A DNA stretch of 61,361 nucleotides, taken from NCBI RefSeq assembly GCF_004010195.1, contig NC_057718.1, positions 31,343 to 92,703 on the forward strand, read 5' to 3'. Shown in pieces: positions 22,495-35,200 of the stretch; within the stretch, counting starts at the first letter, position 1; every line of letters begins with the position of its first letter. The stretch is from Chiloscyllium plagiosum. Its lineage: Eukaryota. The position numbers and the translations under genes are program-made. The notes beneath the pieces are model-generated. The model was not told the DNA's origin. It saw only the letters and a list, made by a program, of their open reading frames with translations, and made no database searches.

Positions 22495-24778
22495 GCAGGG
22501 CACTGGAAAATCACAACAGGTCAGGCAGCATCTGAGTACCAGGAGAGTTGGTGTTTTGGGCATAAGCCCTTCATCAAGAATTTGGGAGGAGGGGTAGGGG
22601 GCAAAGAGATAAACAGGAGGGTGGGAGTAGGAATGAGAGTGGGGGAAAGGTAGCTGGAAACCCGATAGGTAGGTACAGGTCAGGGGTGACAGGGATAGGG
22701 TGGAGGGGAAGATGGAGCGAACAGATCTGAAGGAAGATGGACTGATAGGACAGATGAAGAGGACGGTGCTGAGTTGGAGGTTTGGATCTGGGATGAGATG
22801 GGGTAGAGGGGAGATAAGGAAACTGTTGAAATTCACATTGATTCAGTGTGTTTGGAGGGTTCCATGCCGGGGGGGGGGTGTTCTTCCTCCAGGTGTCAGG
22901 TGGCTACAGTTTGATGGTAGAGGAGGCCCGGGTCTTGCATGCCCTTGGTGGAGTGTCATAGAGTCATAGAGATGTACAGCATGGAAACAGACCCTTCGGA
23001 ACAACCCCTCCATGCCGACCAGATATCCAAACCCAATCTAGTCCCACCTGCAAGCACCCAGCCCATATCCCTACAAACCCTTCCTATTCATAAACCCATC
23101 CAAATGCCTCTTAAATGTTGCAATTGTACCAGCCTTCACCACTTCCTCTGGCAGCTCATTCCATACACGTACCACCCTCTGTGTGAAAAAGTTGCCCCTT
23201 AGCTCTCTTTTATATCTTTCCCCTCTCACCCTAAATCTATGCCCTCTAGTTCTGGAGGTGTGGTTTTCTGGTGCGTGTGTCTAAGAGATGTCCCTTGAAA
23301 TGCTCTGCGAGTTGATGTCCTGTCTCCTCAATGTAGTGCAGACCATATCGAGAGTGAAAGACACCGTCAATTTGCTGCTTGGAAAATTCTGCCAGATGTG
23401 AAAAGATCCTTTGGGACTTTGGACAGAGGTGATGGAGAAGGTGTAGGTACAGGTTTTACAGCTCTTGTGGTGGCAAGCCAACATGCTGGAAGTGGAGGGT
23501 AGGTTGGTACGGTGTGTACACCTAATGAGGAAGGCACAGTGGGTATGGTCTCAGTGGAACACAGTTAGGGGTGGGGAGGGAAATATATCTCTGGTGGTAG
23601 GGTTTGATTATAGGTGGCAGAAATTGTGGAGCATAGTGTGCTGTATCCGGGCATTAGATTAGATTCCCTACAGCGTGCAAACAGGCCCTTCGGCCCAACC
23701 AGTCCACACCGACCCTCCGAAGAGTAACCCACCCAGACCCATTTCCCACTGACTAATGCACCCAGCACTATGGACAATTTAACATGGCCAATTCACCTGA
23801 CCTGCACATCTTTAGACTGTGGGAGGAAACCGGAGAACCCAGAGGAAACCCATGCAGACATGGGGAAAATGTGCAAACTCCTCACAGTCGCCCAAGGCTG
23901 GAATCGAACCTGGGACCCTGATGCTGTTAGGCAGCAGTGCGAACCATTGAGCCACCGTGTCGCATTAGTGGGGTGAAAGATAAGGACCAAGGGGGGGTGT
24001 AAAGTTTTTGCAGTTGGAGGGGTGGGGTTCAAGGGCAGAGGTGCAGAAGTGGAGGAGATATGCTAGAGGGCATTGTTAATCATGTGGGAAGGAAATTTGT
24101 GATCCTTGAAATAGGAAGTCATCTTGGACATCCTGGAGTAGATTTGCTCCTTCGGGGATAACACACAGCAGAGGCACAAGAATTACAAATAAGGGATAGA
24201 GTTTTTACAGAAGGGAGAGTGGGAGGAGGTGAAGTCCAGTTAGCTGTGGGGTCTGTGGGTTTGAAATAGAATGTCCATGTTGAGTTGGTCTCCAAAAATG
24301 GAGACAGAGAGGTCCAGGAAGGAATGGGAGGTTTCTGAGATTGCCGAGGTGAACTTAACTTCAGAGTGGAAGGTGTGAGTGAAGTTGGTGTACTGCTCAC
24401 CCTCTCATGGGAGCACGTGATGGCTCCAGTACAGCTGTCAATATTGCAGGGGAAAAGGTAGGGGTTGGTGCCAGTGTAACTGCAGCACTGCCCTCTTGAA
24501 CTGTCCGACCTGTCCATCTTCCTTCCCATCTGTCCATCCCACCCTATCACCCCCCACATTCATCTACCTATCGCCTATCCAGCTACCTTCCCCCCATCCT
24601 CACACGCACCTTCCCGTTTATCTCTCAGCCCCCTCACCCCCTCCACTTTCCTGATGAAGGACTTATCCCCGAAACGCCGACTCTCCTGCTCCTTGATGCT
24701 GCCTGACCTGCTCTGCTTTTCCAGGTGCAATGCTTTTTGACTCTGACTCTCCAGCATCTGCAGTCCTCGCTTTCTCCT
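22495..24778 (-). mobile_element. Penelope-like element remnant with inverted terminal repeats, containing nested CR1 (~22953-23255) and HE1 (23658-23961)
   Basis: RT and GIY-YIG-like remnants (FYFKPTD, CKTCTYT, GSFHIWQNF); ~24485-24778 is an inverted copy of ~22495-22775; degenerate hammerhead cores at ~22555-22580 (-) and 24651-24680 (+). Confidence 0.8.
23658..23961 (-). mobile_element. HE1 SINE
   Basis: Head, V-domain and tail present; TSD gcattag at 23651-23657 and 23962-23968. Confidence 0.9.
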
Positions 24779-25984
24779 ATTACAGCAATGGGTTTGGCAA
24801 AGATGCTAAATAGATCTTCTGCTTCTGTGTTTGGTACATTTGAACATGGTGACAATAACCTAGTTGAAAGTGTGGGTGTTGAGCAACTGAATGACAGAGT
24901 GGTAGGGAACAAAATGCTAAAGAGGCTGGCAGAACTGTGGACAGAGAAGTATCCAGGTCCTTGGAAACATCCTAGATTACTCATTGAAGCACGGGAACAA
25001 ATGGAGAAGTGCACAGAAATTTTCCAAACCTGTTTAAAGACAGGATTAGTGCTGGGGGCCTAGAGAATTGCAAGTGTGAACCCATTATTTAAGAAAGGGA
25101 CCAAGGACGACTCAGAAAAGTATTGAGCTGTCAGCTTGACATTAATCATGGAAAACTTGATGGAGGCCATGGTACAGGACAAGATAAGATTATACTGAGA
25201 AATCAAGAAATTAATACGCTGCAGTTAAAAATGGCCTTGTCAGAGGCATGCCATGCCTGTCAAATTTATTTGAGTTCTTTGACGAGATGACACAGGCAGT
25301 GGATGAGAGTAGTGGTGAATATGTTGTGTATTTAGACTTCCAGAAAACATTTGATGCAGTGCCACATGATAGGTTGTTTAGCAAATTTGAGTCTTGATCA
25401 TCATTATAAAAGATATAAAACAGAAAGAAGGTACAGATGGGCATTTCTCAATCGGAAGATGAGTTGAAAGTGGTGTTCTCAGAGATCACTGTTGGAAACC
25501 TTGCATTTTCTGATTCATATAAAAGATTAGGAGATAGCTGATGAGGAAAAGCTCTAAATTTTCTGATGACACGAAGGTACCCAGCTCATTCTATTCTCCA
25601 GTCCTCCCAATTTATCACTTTCGAATGATTATCCAGTTCTATTTCTAAAACCTATGGGATCCACTTCTAGCAGAGCACCATACAGCATATTCCAAATCCT
25701 TAGTAGCTCTCTGAGTAACGAAGTTTCTTCTCATCTCACTCCTAGCTCTCTTGCCAAGAATCATGACATTGTGACCCCTCGTTACTGACTTACAGACTGT
25801 TAGAAACAGAATACCCTTCTTCACCTGTCGAAATTGATCGTAATTTTCAACACCACAATCAGGTCACCGTTTTAATCTTCTCTTCTGTAAGGAGAAGAAT
25901 GCTACTTTCTCTGGTGTCTCCATGTACCGAAAATCCCTCAAAAGTGATATCATCCAATAAATCTGCATTGCACTCACTCCAAGG

Positions 25985-26755
25985 CTCTGACAGAAGGCAG
26001 AAAGTTGGGATAAAAGGTTCTTTTTCAGAATGGCAGCTGGTGACAAGTGGTTTCCTGCAGGGTTCAGTGTTGGGGCCGCAGCTGTTCACTTTATATATTA
26101 ATGATCTGGATGAAGGTACTGGGGGCATTCTGGTGAAGTTTGCTGATGATATGAAGTTAGGCGGACAGGCAGGTAGTTCTGAGGAGGTGAGGAGGCTGCA
26201 GAAAGATTTAGAGTGTTTAGGAGAGTGGTCCAGGAAATGACTTTTGAAATTCAATATGAGCAAATGTGAGGTCTTGCACTTTGGAAAAAAGAATACAGGC
26301 ATGGACTATTTTCTAAACAGTGAGAAAATTCATAAAACCAAAGTACAAAGGATCTGGGAGTGCTAGTCCAGGACTCTCCAAAGGTTGACTTGCAATTTGA
26401 GTCCGTGGTTAAAAAAGCAAATGTAATGTTGTCATTTATCCCAAGAGGATTGAAATATAAAAGCAGCGATATGCTACTGAGACTTTATAAAGCTCTAGTT
26501 AGGCCCCATTTGGAGTATTGTGTCCAGTTTTGGGCCCCATACCTCAGAAAGGACATACTGGCACTGGGGCGTGTCCAGCGGAGATTCACACAGATGATCC
26601 CTGGAATGGTTGGTCTAACATACGAGGAACGGCTGAGGATCCTGGGATTGTATTCGTTAGAGTTTAGAAGATTGAGGGGAGATCTAACAGAAACTTACAA
26701 GAGGATGCATGGCTTAGAAAGAGTAGATGCTAGGTATTTGTTTCTGTTAGGTAGG
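25985..26755 (+). mobile_element. CR1 RT C-terminal fragment
   Basis: QGSVLGPQLFTLYINDLD, FADD, LVRPHLEYCVQFW. Confidence 0.9.
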
Positions 26756-26965
26756 GAGCTTTTCTGGGTGTTTGGTTTAATTAGCAGATGGGTTCACCAC
26801 TGTCTCCAAACACATTTAAGGTATCTTAAGTTGCAAGGGTGTGGGATAAATGCAAGAAATTAGGATTGGTGTGCCTTTGGTAGTCATGATTGTTGATGCA
26901 AACATGATGGGCCCCAGGGCCTTTCTGTGCTATATGTTTCCATGACACCATAACTCTCAATGTGA

Positions 26966-28548
26966 GGTCATAGAGTCATAGAGTCATAGAGATGTACAGA
27001 ATGGAAACAGACCCTTCAGTCCAACTCGTCCATGCCGACCAGATATCCTAACCCAATCTAGTCCCACCTGCCAGCACCCGACCGATATCTCTCCAAACCC
27101 TTCCATTTCGTATACCCATCCAAATGCCTCTTAAATGTCGCAATTGTACCAGCCTTCACCACATCCTCTGGCAGCTCATTCCATACACGAACCACACTCT
27201 GTGTGAAAAAGTTGACCCTTAGCTCTCTTTTATAACTTTCCCCTCTCACCCTAAACCTATGCCCTCTAGTTCTGGACTCCCCGACCCCAGGGAAAAGACT
27301 TTGCCTATTTACCCTATCCATGCCCCTCATAATTTTGTAAACCTCGATAAGATCACCCCTCAATCTCCGACGTTCCAGGGAAAACAGCCCCAGCTTGTTC
27401 AGCCTCTCCCTGTAGCTCAAATCCTCCAACCCTGGCAACATCCTTGTAGATCTTTTCGGAACCCTTTCAGGTTTCACAACATCTTTCCGATAGGAAGAAG
27501 ACCAGAATTGCACGCAATATTCCAACAGTGGCCTAACCAATGTCCTGTACAGNNNNNNNNNNNNNNNNNNNNNNNNNNNNNNNNNNNNNNNNNNNNNNNN
27601 NNNNNNNNNNNNNNNNNNNNNNNNNNNNNNNNNNNNNNNNNNNNNNNNNNNNNNNNNNNNNNNNNNNNNNNNNNNNNNNNNNNNNNNNNNNNNNNNNNNN
27701 NNNNNNNNNNNNNNNNNNNNNNNNNNNNNNNNNNNNNNNNNNNNNNNNNNNNNNNNNNNNNNNNNNNNNNNNNNNNNNNNNNNNNNNNNNNNNNNNNNNN
27801 NNNNNNNNNNNNNNNNNNNNNNNNNNNNNNNNNNNNNNNNNNNNNNNNNNNNNNNNNNNNNNNNNNNNNNNNNNNNNNNNNNNNNNNNNNNNNNNNNNNN
27901 NNNNNNNNNNNNNNNNNNNNNNNNNNNNNNNNNNNNNTAAGTCCTGCTAAGATTTGCTTTCCCAAAATGCAGCACCTCGCATTTATCTGAATTAAACTCC
28001 ATCTGCCACTTCTCAGCTCATTGGCGCATCTGGTCAAGATCCTGTTGTAATCTGAGGTAACTCTCTTTGCTGTCCACTACACTCCAATTTTGGTGTCATC
28101 TGCAAACTTACTAACTGTACCTCTTATGCTCACATCCAAATCATTTATGTAAATGATAAAAAGTAGAGGACCCAGCACCGATGCTTGTGGCACTCCACTG
28201 GTCACTATCAATGATATAAATATCTCAGCAAGAGGCCCAGGAATCACTTCTCTAGCTTCCCACAGTGTTCTAGGGTACACCTGATCAGGTCCTGGGGATT
28301 TATCCACTTTTATGCGTTTCAAGACATCCAGCACTTCCTCCTCTGTAATCTGGACATTTTGCAAGATGTCACTATCTATTTCCCTACAGTCTATATCTTC
28401 CATATCCTTTTCCATAGTAAATACTGATGAAAAACACTCATTTAGTATCTCCCCCATTTTCTGCAGCTCCACACAAAGGCCGCCTTGCTGATCTTTGAAG
28501 GGCCCTATTCTCTCCCTCGTTACCCTTTTGTCCTTTATGTATTTGTAA
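26966..28548 (-). mobile_element. CR1 copy with internal deletion and N gap (27553-27937)
   Basis: (CATAGAGT)n tail; [26 protein letters not shown]; jumps from the linker straight to SGVPQ. Confidence 0.9.
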
Positions 28549-29288
28549 AAGAATAACAGGAGGCAGAATACTGAGTAAATGGAAAGATTCTTGGTAGTGT
28601 AGATGTGCAGAGGAATCTTGAAGTCCATGGACATAGATCCTTGAAAGTTGCCACCCAGGTTGATAGGCTGTTAAGAAGGCATTCGGTGTGTTAGGTTTCA
28701 TTTGTAGAGGGATTGAGTTCCGGAGCCGCAATATCATGCTGCAACTATACAAAACGCTAGTGCGGCCACACTTGGAATGTTGTGTACAGTTTTGGTTGCC
28801 ATATTTCGGGAAGGATGTGGAAGCATTGGAAAAGGTGCAGAGGAGATTTACCAGGATGTTGCCAAGTCTGGAGGGAAGGTCTTATGAGGAAAGGCTGAGA
28901 GACTTGGATCTGTTCTCATCGGAAAGAAGAGGCTAAGAGGGGATTTGATAGAGACATACAAGATGATCAGAGGATTAGATAGGGTAGACGGTGAAAGTCT
29001 TTTTTCATAGGATGATGATATCAGCTTGTACGAGGGGGCATAACTACAAATTGAGGGTTGATAGATTTAAGACAAATGTCATAGGCAGGTTCTTTACTCA
29101 GAGAGTGGTAAGGGTATGGAATGCCCTACCTGCCAATGTAGTTAACTCAGCCACATTAGGGAGATTTAAACAATCCTTGGATGAGCACATTGATAATGTT
29201 GGGATAGTGTAGGGGACAAGCTGAGAATAGTTTACGGGTCAGTGCAACATTGAGGGCCGAAGAGCCTGTTCTCTGTTCTATGTTCTAT
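28549..29288 (+). mobile_element. CR1 3' fragment
   Basis: LVRPHLECCVQFW, FFTQRVVRVWNALP, (TTCTATG)n tail. Confidence 0.9.
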
Positions 29289-30003
29289 GAAACATATAGC
29301 ACAGAAAGGCCCTGGGGCCCATTGTGCTTGCATCAACAATAATGACTGCTGAAGGTGTGCTAATCCTAATTTCTTGCATTAATCCCACAGCCTTGAATTT
29401 TAAGGTACTTTAATTGTGTTAGGAGATGGCAGTGAACCCTTCTGTTTATTCAACTAAGCACCCAGAATAGCTTACCTCACCTCATAATCTGTTAAAGTAC
29501 GAGTGACAGAGAACTCCCAAATTCTACTACTTAAACAAAATAATATTAATTTATTCCTTAACTCTAAAAGTGAACATTAAAAACCAACTAATTACAACTT
29601 GAAGCCCTATTTCTCTTAACTGCTTATTATCTGCCTCCAATTCTATAAGATTAGAAAGGCAGGAGGCTGGAACAATACAATAAGCCAGGCAGCCTCCTGC
29701 CTGTCTATTTTGGATTCCATCATCTGCAGATTTTTCTTTTGTCTGCGGTTCTATAATAACATACAAAGGTACCTTTGATAGAGAGTGTTTTTGAATGGCA
29801 GATATGCTTGGTGGCAGTAACTCTCTCAATGGCTCATGTGTTTGTGACTAACTGACAAGTGCAGACGCTGCTGTTAATTGATAATATGTACATTGGCTTG
29901 GGGTTATGCATTGATGTGAAGTCAACGAGATTTGAATCTAACCAATTAACTTAAATTATGCTCAGGATATCAAAAGCCAAATGATTTTTATTCTGATTAT
30001 ATT

Positions 30004-30236
30004 GAGCTGAAAAATGTGTTGCTGGAAAAGCGCAGCAGGTCAGGCAGCATTCAAAGAACAGGAGAATCGACGTTTCAGGCATAAGCCTTTCTTCAGGAAT
30101 GAGCTCATTCCTGAAGAAGGGCTCATCCCCGAAATGTCGATTCTCCTGCTCCTTGGATGCTGCCTGACCTGCTGCGCATTTCCAGCAACACATTTTTCAG
30201 CTCTGATCTCCAGCATCTGCAGTCTTCACTTTCTCC
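30004..30236 (+). mobile_element. Fold-back PLE-derived element with two opposed hammerhead motifs
   Basis: 14 bp TSD attctgattatatt at 29990-30003 and 30237-30250; perfect central palindrome cttcaggaatgagctcattcctgaag. Confidence 0.9.
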
Positions 30237-30585
30237 ATTCTGATTATATTCACAATATTGGACCAATGAGGAGGTACAAGTCTTGAGGATTTAACAAGGA
30301 AGGACATTTTATAAATGAGGCAGAGCTAATTGGCCATCAAACATGAGAGCACATGTCACCTGAAAAGCTTCTCATTGCTCTCAAACAAATCTCTCAGAAT
30401 GCATCAGCTATTAAAGGTGCCAACAAATTTTACATAAGCATTCGCAGTAAAAATAAAACATAGAAGATGAACTAGGTAGAAGATAGCAGAATCAGAATGA
30501 AGGAAAGAAATAGCAGATTTGGAAGTCTGGAAGGAAGATAGCAAAAGAGACTGTATGGATTTTGAAGAATTAAGTTGATTTCATG

Positions 30586-31060
30586 AGTGTGGTACTGGTA
30601 AAGCACAGCAGGTCAGGCATTATCCGAGGAGCAGGAGAATCTACGTTTTGGGCATAAGCCCTTCATCAGGAACGAGGCTTGTGAGCCGAGAGAATAGAGA
30701 GATAAATGGGAGTGGGGTGGTGTTGGGGGCAAGGTAGCTGAGAATGTGATAGGTTGATGAATGTCGGGGTAAAGGTGATAGTTCGGTGGAGTGGATAAGT
30801 GGGAAGGAAAATGGACAGGTAGGACAGGTCATGAGGATGGTGCTGCATTGAAAGGTTGGATCTGGGATATGGTGTGGGGAAGAAAAATGAGGAAACTGGT
30901 GAACTCCACATTGATTCTGTGTGGTTGGGGGGTTCCAAGGTGGAAGATGAGGTGTTCTTCCTCCAGGTATTGGGTTGTTAGGGTTTGGCAATGGAGGAGG
31001 CCCAGCACTTGCATGCCCTTGTGGATTGGGAGAGGGAGTTAAAGTGTTTTGGCCACAGGG
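30586..31060 (-). mobile_element. Penelope-like element 3' end (GIY-YIG C-terminus plus terminal repeat with hammerhead motif)
   Basis: QVLGLLHCQ...LEEEHLIFHLGTPQPHRINVEF; CTGATGA-A-GGGC-TTAT-GCCC-AAAAC-GTA at ~30641-30669 (-). Confidence 0.82.
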
Positions 31061-31064
31061 CGTC

Positions 31065-31548
31065 AGAGTTGCTTCATGCGTGTGTTGTAGAGATGTTCTC
31101 TTTCGTGTTTTTTTGGAGTCAGCATGGTCTCCTGGCATGGCAGTCTGCCAGAACAGACATTTGGCCTGGTGTGGCTATCCTCTGGCCCAGTGTGGAGTTG
31201 AGATCTCAGCCTCGAGAGCCTCGGAGTGAAGCCATGTGACTGGAGGTGAGGGCTATTGTACACTGGAGGCTAGTCTCTGGCATGGACTGAGTTGCAAGGA
31301 CTTTTGTTCTGAACATGTTCCATCTATTTTCTAACTTATTCCTTCGATGTGCAACATTCACATTTTTATTTCTTAGTTTTCTAATTACTTTCTTCTTTCT
31401 CCTCTTTCTTTTTTCCTAAGGACTTGTAGTGAAGAATCAGTGCCTAGGTATCTTGTACCAATGATGGCGCTATAAGAGGCGATTTGTAAACGTTTCATTG
31501 TAGTCATTTGAGTCCATGTGACAATAAAGCTAATTCAATTCCATTCAT
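31065..31548 (+). mobile_element. Probable retroposon 3' fragment, unclassified
   Basis: Ends catgtgacaataaa followed by an (ATTC)n-like tail; separates two PLE remnants. Confidence 0.4.
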
Positions 31549-31549
31549 T

Positions 31550-32125
31550 CCCTCATTCAAACTGTGCAAGTTCCTCACAATCCCCTACAAGTGCAGGAAG
31601 TGTTTCACCTATCCAGTTAATTCATCCCTCCTGATACTCCAACAGCCCCAGGCATATCTTCCGAGTGTAGCAGCGATTTACCTTCACTTTACTCAATCTG
31701 ACCTACTCTATTCAATGTCCTCAAAGTGATCTCCTCTACACTGGGGAAATGAAGCAAAACACCTATCTTCTGTCCGCAGAAATGATCTTGATCTTCTAGT
31801 TGCCTGCCATTTCAACACACTACCGTGTTCCATGGCCAACGTCTCTGTCTTAGACTTGTTGCAGTGCTCCAGTGAAGCTCAGTACACGCTGGAAGATCAG
31901 CACTTCATTCTCCATTTGGGAACTCTACAGCCTTCTGGATTCAACATTGAGTTCAACAAATTTATGGCTGCAAGGTCTTCTCCGAAATCCTTACCCCCAC
32001 CCTCACACACCAGACCTTGTCATCACATAGGCTACTACCACACACGAACTATTGTCAGCGACTGACAGTCCCTATTTGCAGCTATTCACTGTCCCAGGAT
32101 GACATTTACCTAGTCCTTTCTCTGT
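31550..32125 (+). mobile_element. Penelope-like GIY-YIG remnant
   Basis: LLYTGEMK, LVACHFN, LEDQHFILHLGTLQPSGFNIEFN. Confidence 0.75.
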
Positions 32126-32220
32126 CCAACGTGCAAACTCCATACAGTCAGTCGTCTGAGGCAGGAATTGAACGTGGGTCTCTGGCTGTGAGGTAGCAGT
32201 GCTAACCACTGTGCCGCCCA

Positions 32221-35200
32221 CATTGTTGTACCGACCTGTGAGCCAATCTAAAGCCTATATATCCTACATTATTTCATTTTCATCCACATGCTTATCAAAT
32301 GACTATTTAAATGCCCTTAAAGTGCACGTGTCTACTATTGCTGCTGGCAGTGCATTCCGCACCCTAGTGTTCTGAGTAAAGAACCTACCTCTGACATCTC
32401 CTATATCTATCACCCCTCAAATTAAACCTATATCCCCTCATGCTAGCCATCACCATCCAAGGAAAAAGGCTCTCACTGTCCACCCTGATAATCTTGTATG
32501 TCTCAATTAAGTCGCCTCTCAAACTTCTTCTCTTGAATGAAAACAGCCTCAAGTCCCTCAGCTTTTCCTCATTCAACCTTTCCTCCATACCAGGCAACAT
32601 CCTAGTAAATCTCCTCTCCACCCTTTTCAAAGCTTCCACATTTGGTGGCTCAGTGGTTAGCAGTACTGCCTCACAGTGCCAGGGACCCGGGTTCAATTCC
32701 CATCTCAGGTGACTGTCTGTGTGGGTTTGCTCCAGTTTCCTCCCACAATCCAAAGATGTGCAGGTCAGGTGAATTGGCCACGCTAAATTGCCCATAGTGC
32801 TAGGTTCATTAGCCAGGGGTAAATTTAGGGTAAGGGAATGGGTCTGGGTGGATTACTCTTCGAAGGGTCAAACCTGTTGGGTTGAAGGGCCTGTTTCCAT
32901 ACTGTAGGGAATCTTTAAAAAAATCCTTCCTATAAAGCAGTGACCAGAACTATACGCAATACCCCAAGTGCGGCCACACCAGTGTTTTGTACAGCTGCAG
33001 CATGATCTCATGGTTCCGAAACTCAATCCCTCTACCAATAAAACCTAACACATCATATGTCTTCTCAGCAACCCTATCAACCTGGGTGGCAACTTTCAGG
33101 GATGTATGTACCTGGACACCGAGATCCCTCTGATCATCAACACTACCAAGAGTCTTACTATTAGCCCAGTACTCTGCATTCCTGTTATTTCTTCCAAAGT
33201 GAATCACCTCACACTTTCCCATATTAAACTCCATTTGCCAACTCTCAGGCCAGCTCTGCAGCTTATCTATGACCCTCTGTAACCTGCAATATCCTTCAAC
33301 ACTATCCACAACTCCATTGACCTTAGTGGTATCCACAAATTTACTAACCCATCCTTCTATGCCCTCATCCAGGTTGTTTATAAAAAATGACAAACAGCAG
33401 TGAACCCAAAACAGATCATTGCAGTACACCATGAGTCACTGAACTCCAGGATGAACATTTCCCATTAATTACTACCCTCTGTCTTCTTTCAGCTCACCAA
33501 TTTCTGATCCAAAACATTAAATCACCCTTAATCTCATGCCTCCATATTTTGTGCAATAGCCTACCATGGGGAACCTTATCAAAAGCCTTACTGAAATCCA
33601 TATACACCACATCAACTGGCTTTACCCTCATCCACCTGTTTGGTCGCTATATCGAAGAACTCAATAAGGTTTGTGAGGCATAACCTACCCTTCACAAAAC
33701 TGTGTTGTCTTATCCCTAATCAACTGAACGCTGTCTAGATGATTATAAATCCTATCTCTTATAACCTTTTCTGACACTTTCTCCACAACCGAAGTAAGGC
33801 TCACTGGTTTACTCCCCTTCTTGAACAATGGGATATAATTTACTATCGAGGTAAAAACAATGACTGCAGATGCTGGAAACCAGATTCTGGATCAATGGTG
33901 CTGGAAGAGCACAGCAATTCATGCAGCATCAGGAATAAAGGCCTTTATTCCTGATGAAGGGCTTTTGCCCGAAACGTCGATTTTGCTGAAGCTCCTCGGA
34001 TGCTGCATGAACTGCTGTGCTCTTCCAGCACCATTGATCCAGAATATCATTTACTATCCTCCAGTCTTCTTGCACTATTCCGGTAGACAAAGATGACAGA
34101 GAGTGGTAAGGGCGTGGAATGCCCTGCCTGCCAATGTAATTAACTCAGCCACATTAGGGAGCTTTAAACAATCCTTGGATAAGCACATGGATGATGATGG
34201 GATAGTGTAGGGGGATGGGCTGAGAATAGTTCACAGGTCGGTGCAACATCGAGGGCCAAAGAGTCTGTTCTGTGCTGTACTGTTCTATGTTCTAAAGATC
34301 AGAGCCAAAGGCTTTGCAAGCTCCTCCTTGGCTTCCCAGAGAATCTTAAGATAAATCCCATCTGGCCAAGGGCATTTTCACACTTTCCAGAATTGCTAAC
34401 ACCTCTCCTTGTGAACCTTAATCCTATCCAGTCTGGTAGCCTGGAGCTCAGTATTCTCCTCCACAACATTATATTCTTCCAGTGTGAATACTGATGAAAA
34501 ATATTTATTTAGCACTTCTCTGATCTCATCAGAATCCATGCACAACTTCCCACTACTATCCTTGATTGGTCCTAATCATTCTCTAATCATTCTTTTATTC
34601 CTGTTCGACCAATATAAAGCTTTAGTGTTTTCCTTGATCCTGTATGCCAACCACTTCTCATGTCTCCTCCTTGCTGTTCCTAGCTCTCTCTCTAGGCTTT
34701 TCCTGGCTAACTTGTAACTCTCAAGCACCCCAGCTGAGCCTTCAAACCTCATCTTAACATAAGTCTTTTTCTTTCTCTTGACAAGAGATTCAACTTCCTT
34801 AGTAAACCACGGCTCCCTTGCTCGACCACTTCCTCCCTGCCTAACAGGTACATACTTATCAAGGACACACAGTATCTGTTCCTTGAGTAAGCTCCACATT
34901 TCAATTGTGCCCATCCCCTGCAGTTTCCATTTCTTCCTATGCATCCTAAATCTTGCCTAATCACATCATCATTGCCTTTCCCCAAGCAACAGCTCCTGTC
35001 CTGCATTACATAAACCTATCCCTTTCCATCGTTAAAGTAAACATAAATGAATTGTCATCGCTATCACCAAAGTGCTCAACTACCTCTAACACCTGGCCAG
35101 GTTCATCACTCAGTACCAAATCAAATGTGACCTCACCCCATGTTGGCCTTTCTGTACACAGTGTCAGCAAACTCTCCTGCATATATTGGACCAAAACTGA

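Larger units (their letters stand above)
21900..25580 (+). mobile_element. Very old CR1 ORF2 remnant split by the PLE insertion at ~22495-24778
   Basis: KYINRKILAKDRLGSL, KYPGPWKHPRLL, CLSNLFEFFDE, YLDFQKTFD peptides. Confidence 0.6.
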
